NCBI RefSeq assembly: GCF_001194135.2
Contig: NC_068982.1
Span: forward strand, 90,222,496-90,286,071
DNA from: Octopus bimaculoides
Taxonomy: Eukaryota
Direction of reading: 5' to 3'
DNA length: 63,576 nt
This document shows, in pieces, positions 53,382-63,576 of the stretch. How positions within the stretch are numbered: position 1 is the stretch's first letter; each line of letters starts with the position of its first letter. Both the position numbers and the translations under genes were made by a program. The notes beneath the pieces were generated by a model that worked only from the letters and a program-made list of their open reading frames with translations, was not told where the DNA came from and did not search any database.

Positions 53382-54591
53382 CATGAATACATTGTTAGGC
53401 AAGTCAATATACAAAGTATATTAAATACTTGAAATACAAAAAATGTATGTTTACATACAAAAGGGTCTGACTTACACAGAATAGAAATGATATCAAGAAT
53501 TAAAAGGGTTGAAGAAAAGAATTACAAATACAACAGCTGTTTCTGGGGCTCGGTGGTCCAAACTAAAGTTTATAGATTGATTACATCGTCGGATGAGACG
53601 AGCCTTCGTCTTCAGGAAAGAGAACTTGCATTTCAGGTATTGACAAATTTCTGTCAACACCTCAAATGTAAGATCTCTTATGTATTGACCTGCCTAACTT
53701 GCATGTTTTCACATTTACTCCTTAACCTGCTCAAATTTAAACTTCTTGAGCACTACTAAATGTCTTCTATATGGAGAATATTCGATTCTTATCTATGGAC
53801 TATATACATACATACACACATACACACATACATATATTCGTTTTCATTGGAGAGGGCAGATAGAATAAATGCAAACTCTGTACTAGAATCAATTCATCTC
53901 AAAACTTATAAAAATGTCTGGCTTGGTGTCAATTAAATCTGTAACCGATTGCTTGCGGCTATATCTTTAAACGTCATGAATATGTTTTATGTCTTTTTGT
54001 TCATTGCTTTTGCTACCGTCGATGCAATCTTTTGAGAAGCTCCTTCTGTCTCTCTTTCTCCCCCCCCCATCTCTCTCCCTCTCTCTTACACACACATATA
54101 ATAATGGATGAAGGAAACGGAAGATGGATTTAGTACAAGTGTTTATTTGTTACGATGATCGTTTCGACTCATCCTGAAACTGTCCGTCATGGGTAAGATT
54201 TTGTGCATCAATTGTGTTGTATCGAAATGATCCACATACTGAATAAAGACTAGCACCAAATTTATCTTCCGTTTTCTTCATCACTTGTTAGTCTCTCAAC
54301 TAACACTGCGGAATTTCTGAAGTAGATCCATCGGAAATATACTCTAACCGTAGATGACACGAGGTAGCCCAACCTGTGAACGGGCTTTACTCAACAGACT
54401 AATTGACTTATACAAACTAGCCGCAGAACAAAATTACATGTATATATATATATGTATGTATGTATGTANNNNNNNNNNNNNNNNNNNNNNNNNNNNNNNN
54501 NNNNNNNNNNNNNNNNNNNNNNNNNNNNNNNNNNNNNNNNNNNNNNNNNNNNNNNNNNNNNNNNNNNNNNNNNNNNNNNNNNNNNNNNNNN

Positions 54592-54634
<43 letters not shown>

Positions 54635-56762
54635 GTATGTATGTATGCATGTATGTATGTATGTATGTATGTATGTACACACACATCATAGTACAAGAAG
54701 ATGGACTCAACAGGCTTCAATTCAAATCACAACAATTGTTTCTGTGCATTAGCATCAGCTGTTAATTAGTGAGTGTTTCACATAATAATAGTTGCGTACC
54801 TGCCCGTCAACAAGTGAGTGGCAGTCTGTTCCTTTCAGAGTTTAACCTCTTCTTGTGCCTGTAATTGCTTTTTCCCAGCGTGTGATCTTAAATGACTTTT
54901 GAGCTCTGAAAGGCGTTTCAAGAGCTGATCTTATATATGTATATGTATACGTATATATATGTGTGTATGTGTGCGTGTGAGTCTGTATATATATATCTGT
55001 GTGAGAGTGTGCGCGTGTGTTTGTGTGTGAATATGCGAGTGTGCGAGCGTGCGTGTGTGTGTATGTGTGTGTGCGTGCATGTTGTGTATAAAATGTGAAG
55101 GTCATAAACCTTCTCGTAAGATTGCATCGACAACGTTGCAATAGTACACCAGTTAAGCCGAAACTTCCAAATCACCGTTACCCCTATTCCTGTAAAAGTG
55201 TATATATATGAGTGTTTATATGTGAGCATATTTATGAATGTACTCACACACATATACATTCTAGATATGCACAGCTGTTTTTGTTGTTTTTGCTTTGTTT
55301 TATTTACTGTATTGAGAGTTTTGCATTTGTGACTAATCCCTGCTACAATTCTACGCTGCTATAGCATGTAAAAACCAACACAAATTAATAACTAAAAACA
55401 AATAACGACCTTGCCAAGATTTGAATTATTCGGCTTAGTCTATATTTATTTCTTCTGCACTCTAGCGCCGATCAATTTTCTCGCTTCTAAGTCCATCAGA
55501 CTGAAAATTTATAGAATTCTTATAATTCACTGACCTCTACTTGTAATATTTGCATTAGTGTTTGGCATGTTATCTGCCAGAAATTTGATAATGGAAGTAA
55601 ATATGAATTTAATATGTTTGAAAATATGGATTTATTTGGAAGAATTTGCTTCCGTATATACAAACTATAAAAATTTTGCACTGTAGTACTCCACTACCGT
55701 TAGACCCAGCATGCAACCTGGTTTATATTATAGTTCAAAGTAATTACGCTTCACGTACATTGAAATACTTTTGTGGCACTCATAATCGTTACAGCCTCCT
55801 AGTTCTTAAGGATTTGATGATATTTCCTGTACATTGCTCCGAATTACAAACAGCCCATATCGTGATGACAAATGCCTACTTAATATCCTATAGATAGCTT
55901 AAATAGCCATATTTCAAGAAAATATCAATATATATTAATGGAATTCTAATATTATCAAGTCAGCTTAAAATCACGGTAGCTATTTATATGGAAGTGACAC
56001 AATAGTCTTGGTGTTGTTAATGCTGATATAATAACTGTCCCCATCATTATAATAACTTCAAACTTTCTCAGAGTACACTTTAATCTTTATTTAAATCTAG
56101 AGAGAGCTATAAATACTTTGTTATAATGGATTTACGCGCAAGTTGATGGAGTCGTGGCACAATTCTAAGTTTTGATATGTTAGGTAGCGTATTCTGTTCT
56201 TGCAAACAATTGTTGTCCTCCTTTGAAAAATCGGTCAGTGTCGAAGTTATTTTCCTAATTAATTAGTTAACTCAGCTTGATTAGCTTGGATGTGAGAGTA
56301 CAGATAGTAAACCAACAATGAATGAAAATAATGCATATTGTATAAGTTTTTTGGCGGCCGTACAAAGTTGAACAATTTACCAATAAATAGTACTTTCCTC
56401 TAAAATTTATTTACTATCTTCTTCACGAAAGAGTTGGGGACTAAATATGATATTACTGGTACATTTTCATTGGAATAATGAAGTTATATTCGTCATTTAT
56501 AAACACACAAAAACTTAACTTCATTAGATATTTATTATTTAAATTTTAATCGCATTAAATGCCCCATGGTCAATGACGCAGTTGCACTGAGATTAGTTAA
56601 CTGTCTTTTTGTGTGTTTGGATTGGCTAATATGTGTCTTCTATGTTGTAATTGTTTTGCTTCCAATACACAATCTCAGATCAAATCACTTTCCTGGTAAG
56701 GAAATACCTTCGAATAGAAGATTATACACTGTATATACACGCATGCACGTACACGCACGCAA

Positions 56763-56814
<52 letters not shown>

Positions 56815-57461
56815 GCGTGTGTGTGTAGGTATGTACGCATTGGACCCCATTTGCCTTGATCACTATGGAATGAAGCAGTGAACTAGATAACATGAACCAT
56901 GTGATAATATTAAGTAAATAAAGGTCTTGACCTCGCCCCAGTAACATTGAAAACATTTTCGGTGATCTTAATAAATGTAGCAGATATATTCTAAATATTT
57001 TTAGACACGATCGTGTTTTCGATTAGTCAGACGTCTCTTAAAATATGTGGACATCTTATGTCTAATAAACTAATAATAAAGAATGTCCTAAAAATCCTCA
57101 GTATTTATATAACCATCATGTAGATATTGGAGTAGTACGGGAAGAGTCCAAACGCCAAGAATATTAATTCCCATAATTTGCACGTAAATTTCTTCATTGA
57201 TTTATCAGAATTTATCAGTAAATATAGAATTTATATTAATTTATATAAATGAGCTATTATAGTAATTTTACACAAATTTACTACATTTAAACTCAAGAAG
57301 AATGCATTTGTTCTCATTATATTGATACATGATAACTACTTGACCAGCTTATCATTGGAAAAATACATCTCGTTATCTTTTCAAATATTAATAATTTATT
57401 AGCTAATCTTCACTTAATTAATCACATCTTGATAGCTAATTATTATATTAGTGATAAAGAT

Positions 57462-57650
57462 AACGACGACGACGAGCGTAATGAAGATGAATCGATGACA
57501 ACGACAACGATGATGACGATGATGACGATGAAGATGATGATGATGATGACGACGACGATGACGACGATGATGATGATTACGATAATGAAAATGGTGGTGA
57601 TGATGTGTAATGATCAAGCTGATGAAGACGGAGATAACAAGCAATCAGTG
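57462..57650. repeat. Degenerate (GAT/GAC)n array
   Basis: Direct reading; source of the poly-H and poly-M/T ORFs. Confidence 0.95.
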
Positions 57651-57921
57651 AGATAAGACTAAACGACTCCGCAAAAATAAAAGAAAAATGAATATTAAAT
57701 TGAATATTAATACGTCCAGGACAACACAACCTTCTTACACCTGTTTATTAAACCTGTTTATCTTTAGAATATTAGAATAAATGACGTAATTGTACTGTTG
57801 CTGTTGTTGTGTTGTTATAACTACACTCCACATATTTGTTTACTTTTTATAGTTATTTTATATATTCATATTGCTTCTATGCAGTTTTATATATTTTTTC
57901 TATAGATATAAAAATAAGAAT

Positions 57922-57925
57922 AGTA

Positions 57926-58001
<76 letters not shown>

Positions 58002-58032
58002 CAACAAGAATAATAATAATGATAATAATAAT
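57922..58032. repeat. (AAT)n microsatellite
   Basis: Direct reading. Confidence 0.97.
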
Positions 58033-58487
58033 AAGAACACTCTGAGAGCGCCAAGGCAACACCAACGTCCTCTCAACGATTAACCAGAGACGATTTTTAA
58101 AATGAGAATATCTGAATTAAACTCGAATGTTCTCACAAACAAGAATACTAAAAATGAACCCGACCGCTCTCAAAAATTAACTGAAAATGAACGGAAAAAT
58201 AATCTAGAATCCTTGTCCGATACCTAATGGATCTCAAAGATAATCATGGAATGTGAAGGTGGCTGTAGAAAATTTAGTAACAGTAATAAATAGTTTATCC
58301 TTATCTAATACAAGCCAAAGACAACAAATTCAAAATAGTTTCAAAGGTAGTGGTAATAATAAGCTCTTACTCAGGAATTTTTAAATGAATAGCAGGAGAC
58401 CTTTTGCTCTTCTCTTCTCTTAAATTCCGGCCTCCCTTTAGTATCCCTGCCGTTTGAGATCGGTGTATAGGTGTATGTTATATATGT

Positions 58488-58790
58488 AAGAAACTCGTGC
58501 GTGTGCGCATTAGCCGCGTACATTGGACGATTTGAAGGAAGCTATTCGCGTGGAAGTCGCCCAAATCGACAGAGCAATGCGGGAGAGAGTGGAGGCGAAC
58601 TTCCAAGAAGGCCTTCAAAAATGCATCAATGAAAACAGATACCACATGATGGGTCTTCTTTTCCACGCTTGATTTCGACAAATGCTAATTCAAAACGAAC
58701 ACATTGATGTCAATAAAATTTGTTTACAGCTAAAATTAATGATTTTGTGAATTTTTCAAAAACATACCTCCTCTCTGTCCCAACTCCGTA
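58488..58790 (+). mobile_element. Tc1/mariner (maT/rosa-like) transposon 3' fragment
   Basis: PRTLDDLKEAIRVEVAQIDRAMRERVEANFQEGLQKCINENRYHM (stop 58670-58672) matches the C-terminal helix of DDD/E transposases. A terminus-like ...CTCCG|TA lies at 58784-58790. Confidence 0.75.
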
Positions 58791-59369
58791 TATAAATATA
58801 GAAAATAAGCAATGAGAAGTAAGTGAGAGTGACCAGCGGCGTGTATATAAACAATATAGACAACAAATACAGGAATATCAAATAGCACAGACCATTATTT
58901 TTCGATTTATTAAAATCATCTCTGCTTCTATGTGTTGTTCCCCAAAAACAAAAAAAAAATGCATTTGAGAGCATGAGGAGAGATAATCTCAAAATTGAAG
59001 AATTTTCGAAAGTGGGCATAAAATTAAGGAAAACTATATACATAATGTCTGGAAATATGAAGAAAGTGGTGGACGCTTTAGAAGGCATCAACAGCGCGAC
59101 ATGTGTGTGTGTGTGTGTGTGTGTTTGTGTATGTTTATGTACCTGAGCGTTTATCGTTCACTGTTTCAAATAGAAAGTACGCATAAGCACACAAATGCAA
59201 ATATGATGAATAGAGCTGGTCACATACTATTCTCTAGTTACATACCATTCGAATGAGTAGTATATACAAGTGCATAATTACTCTATAGCGATTTGTAGAT
59301 TCTTTATCGTTGTGTGAGTGTATATAACATACGCTTGTATATATGTATGTATATATGTAAATATATGTG

Positions 59370-59416
<47 letters not shown>

Positions 59417-59916
59417 NNNNNNNNNNNNNNNNNNNNNNNNNNNNNNNNNNNNNNNNNNNNNNNNNNNNNNNNNNNNNNNNNNNNNNNNNNNNNNNNNNNN
59501 NNNNNNNNNNNNNNNNNNNNNNNNNNNNNNNNNNAATAAATTTTATTCATGTATATAAAAAATAAGAGGAATGACCAGCAAAAGTGGATTCCTATATGCT
59601 AGAAATAGATGCCGAATCTTCGGATTTTTTTAATATGCTAGACCACTGGTTTTAATTGATTAATATCAATTTTTACCCTTATTAATAAATTTTATTCATG
59701 TATATATGTGGGTGGGTGTATGTATGTATCGATCGTCAGTACATCATGCATCCGAAAGGGAAGCGCAGTCTAAGAAATAGGGGCCACCGGCCATTAGGGT
59801 CCGACGAGACGTATGTAAAACTAAGCGCTTTACAGACGCGAAATTCTGGATAACCTTATGAACCGGCCACATCTATCTTTCTCTGAATACATGCGCGCGC
59901 GTGTTTGTATGTGTGT

Positions 59917-60214
59917 GAGGACTTATGGCCAAGTGGTAAAGGTGCACTCACGATCGTGAGATGGTAGTTTCAATTCCTAGACTGGGCAGTGCGTTGTCTT
60001 CTTGAGCAAAACACTTCATCTCACGTAGTTCTGTGATCAATTCGATAATTAATTCGCGGAACACAGTGTACTTGCTCAGACAACGTCGATTTCATAGAAA
60101 GATTGAGCTAATAGGCAGCACAAATATTTGATTACTATATGCAAATCATTCTTGCAGATCGTTCGGCAAGCTGAACATGTATAAGTCGTCGTACGTCGTC
60201 TTCGACGGAAGAGC

Positions 60215-60215
<1 letters not shown>
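59917..60215 (+). mobile_element. SINE family B
   Basis: GGCCAAGTGGTAAAGG...GCGTTGTCTTCTTGAGCAAAACACTTCATCTCACG...GCAAGCTGAAC. Confidence 0.82.
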
Positions 60216-60252
<37 letters not shown>

Positions 60253-60722
60253 NNNNNNNNNNCCCAAATACAGACAAGAATATAACCATATGATGATTAC
60301 ATAATGATTATCATATAATGACTATACGTATTGACATCTGTTTAAATTATGCAATATCAAAATAATTTGTATGTGTAAAGCTATTTGGTTAAAAGTGAAA
60401 CAACTATAGAATAGATGGATTTACCATGATGTACTCTCATATATGTACTTGCAAGATTCAATTATAGAATGAATATTGCATGTATTTCCACGGTAGCATT
60501 ATCATACGTGAATGAACAAAGCACGATACACAGAACAAAGGTCAGAAAAAGCAAAACTAAGATTACCTCATAACATTTTTTCTTTGTTTTTAGTATAAAC
60601 GCAAGATTCTAAATGACTGGATATAAATAAGGGAAAAAGCATTAATATATGAACGTGTTTGGAGGTTTATAAATTGGGTAGCATGAAAAGATACACATTC
60701 ATGCGAGTGAAAATTGTGAGTG

Positions 60723-60759
<37 letters not shown>

Positions 60760-60824
60760 CAATGTTAATTCTCTAAATGAAGTATTAACAGTACCTGCAC
60801 GATAAAGTGTAGTATATTGCCACT

Positions 60825-60996
60825 TAAGTGTGGCTGACCCCTAGGGGTGGATGTTACTGTTGCTTTTAGCCCCAGGAGGACATCTCCTCCAGCTGTCTTA
60901 TCGACACACGACTGTGTCCTGTTTGCCAAGGGAAGTTATCCCTCGATAAACCAGCTGGAGGAGATGTCCTCCTGGGGCTAAAAGCAACAGTAACAT
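60825..60996. mobile_element. Fold-back (hairpin) element or MITE truncated by the gap
   Basis: 54-bp arms at 60851-60904 and 60943-60996 (52/54 match, outer 45 bp perfect) with a 38-bp spacer. Confidence 0.7.
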
Positions 60997-61751
60997 NNNN
61001 NNNNNNNNNNNNNNNNNNNNNNNNNNNNNNNNNNNNNNNNNNNNNNNNNNNNNNNNNNNNNNNNNNNNNNNNNNNNNNNNNNNNNNNNNNNNNNNNNNNN
61101 NNNNNNNNNNNNNNNNNNNNNNNNNNNNNNNNNNNNNNNNNNNNNNNNNNNNNNNNNNNNNNNNNNNNNNNNNNNNNNNNNNNNNNNNNNNNNNNNNNNN
61201 NNNNNNNNNNNNNNNNNNNNNNNNNNNNNNNNNNNNNNNNNNNNNNNNNNNNNNNNNNNNNNNNNNNNNNNNNNNNNNNNNNNNNNNNNNNNNNNNNNNN
61301 NNNNNNNNNNNNNNNNNNNNNNNNNNNNNNNNNNNNNNNNNNNNNNNNNNNNNNNNNNNNNNNNNNNNNNNNNNNNNNNNNNNNNNNNNNNNNNNNNNNN
61401 NNNNNNNNNNNNNNNNNNNNNNNNNNNNNNNNNNNNNNNNNNNNNNNNNNNNNNNNNNNNNNNNNNNNNNNNNNNNNNNNNNNNNNNNNNNNNNNNNNNN
61501 NNNNNNNNNNNNNNNNNNNNNNNNNNNNNNNNNNNNNNNNNNNNNNNNNNNNNNNNNNNNNNNNNNNNNNNNNNNNNNNNNNNNNNNNNNNNNNNNNNNN
61601 NNNNNNNNNNNNNNNNNNNNNNNNNNNNNNNNNNNNNNNNNNNNNNNNNNNNNNNNNNNNNNNNNNNNNNNNNNNNNNNNNNNNNNNNNNNNNNNNNNNN
61701 NNNNNNNNNNNNNNNNNNNNNNNNNNNNNNNNNNNNNNNNNNNNNNNNNNN

Positions 61752-61816
<65 letters not shown>

Positions 61817-61984
61817 AAATAAACAGCTAGGTGCAGTATAATACCATAAAGGAAAACTTTTATCTTCCTTAACTGCGACTGAGGGTGCCGAAGCACCTAT
61901 ATTGCTAGAAATAAGAGTTAAAACCCCCTAATCCTATAAGAAGAGCGCAATATCTATACACTGACAAAGGAGTGTACATATATA

Positions 61985-62034
<50 letters not shown>

Positions 62035-63185
62035 TATATCTACGTATGTATGTATATGTGTGTGTATGTATATATATATATGATTAATGCATGTATTTAA
62101 CAGACTAGCATTATAAAAAATTACATTGTTTTAAAATATAATATAAAACGTGAAAACCAGACTTTATCCAACTGATATATTATTCTAAAGATCACATTTA
62201 AACAAACTCGGATAAATATTATACATACATACATACATACATACATACATACATACATACAAACATATATACATACATACATACATATATTTTATTAATA
62301 CAGCTACAAAGACATCACAAAAACAGTTACTTAAAGTTTCATGTTCCTGTTTGTTGGACAAAACCTTGATTGTGTGCAAGTTAAATTTGTTAGTTTAATA
62401 ATCGCTTTTAATGACTCGGGTTAGCAACTGGGATAAAAATCACGACAGAATCACTATACAGTTAAAAATATGTCTGGAAGCTGAAAAGATTTGGTCTTCT
62501 GCAGTGCTTAGGAAGTGGCCTTATATGCAACCGATTCCCTTTGAAAAGGAACGGTAACAGATGCAAGACAAAGCAATTGGTAAAGCTTATCATTGAGTGA
62601 TATCATTCTTTGAATGATCGTGTATTGTCCTAAAAGTCGAGACATGTCTGTGATTAAGGATGGAATGAATGCGCGGCATATTTCTGGAAATTATTTACAT
62701 TAATTTATTTTGGGCATTTTTTCTCATATGTATCTGTACTTCCGTGTTGCTCTTTGTCAATGAAACGTTAAAAATAGTATCATGGTGTAGATGTAAAAGA
62801 AAAGAAACGAACGATGATGTAGCAGTGTTTCAAAACCTATTCACCCGAATACGCGCATGTAAACAGCTATTTTTCACTAATATTACTGCTTAACGTATAT
62901 AATGTATGTTACATTTAATGATTAGCAACTGATAATGATGCGTTGAAACAATTCTAGTGACTTGAAATAAAGTCTGTTCATGCAGTCTCCGCGTGTTAAA
63001 CTTGTATTTTATGTACTCAACGAATACTTGCGGATTTCCTCATGTATGTCTAGTAAAGAAATAGTTCTACTGTATTATAGTATCTGGTGGTCGATACACG
63101 GAGAGAGGAGCTTTGGAAAGCATGCTATAAGGTTATTACTCAGACAACGTGTGTGTGTATATGTGTGTGCGTGCGTGGATATTGT

Positions 63186-63500
63186 GAAGGCATATGGCTT
63201 AGTGGTTAGAGCGTCGGGCTCACACTCATGAGGTAGTGCGTTTGATTCCTTGGCTGGGCTGTGTTGTGTTCTTCAACCAACACTTTATTCCACCTTGCTC
63301 CAGTTCACTGAGCCGTAGAAATGAGTTGCGACGTCATTGCTGCCAAGCTATATCGGCCCTTGCCTTTTACCTTGGATTACATTGGTGGCGTGAAGAAGGG
63401 AGGCCGGTATGCATGGGTGACTGCTGGTCTTCCATAATCAGCCATGCCCGGACCTGTACCTCGGAGAATAATTTTCTAGGTGTAATCCCATGGTCATTCA
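63186..63500 (+). mobile_element. SINE family B, full length
   Basis: GAAGGCATATGGCTTAGTGGTTAGAG A box, GTTTGATTCC B-box-like, body and tail colinear with 25871-26177. Confidence 0.9.
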
Positions 63501-63510
63501 TGTGTGTGTA

Positions 63511-63576
<66 letters not shown>

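Noticed and set aside
63229-63237. let-7 5' match TGAGGTAGT
   Set aside because: A 9-nt match inside a SINE tRNA head with no hairpin; the remainder does not match.

Overview
Eukaryotic, AT-rich, repeat-dominated draft-assembly DNA with 16 N gaps, most of them next to microsatellites. The dense (TG)n/(TA)n/(GATA)n/(CATA)n/(ATT)n arrays and the SINE and LINE repertoire look like a coleoid cephalopod (Octopus-like) genome; that taxon call is inference. No intact, recognisable host gene, rRNA, true tRNA or CRISPR array is visible. Most ORFs in the supplied track are artefacts of microsatellites or N runs. Well-supported features: a 5'-truncated Penelope-like element (RT + GIY-YIG, 14-bp TSD, inverted pLTR, hammerhead-like core, and a tRNA-type Pol III promoter in its 3' region); a full-length dead Tc1 (DD34E); four co-oriented R4/Dong-like REL-endonuclease LINE relics, one with a 27-bp TSD in (CATA)n; a LINE 3' end with tandem-repeat UTR; a mariner 3' fragment; a TIR MITE; a fold-back element; a Helitron-like 5' end; and at least three tRNA-derived SINE families. 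A few isolated stretches with good splice signals may be exons of a long-intron + strand gene or lncRNA, but no product can be named. I see no evidence of a large novel multi-gene system. The most unusual element is the Penelope pLTR that combines a tRNA-like Pol III head with a hammerhead-like core.
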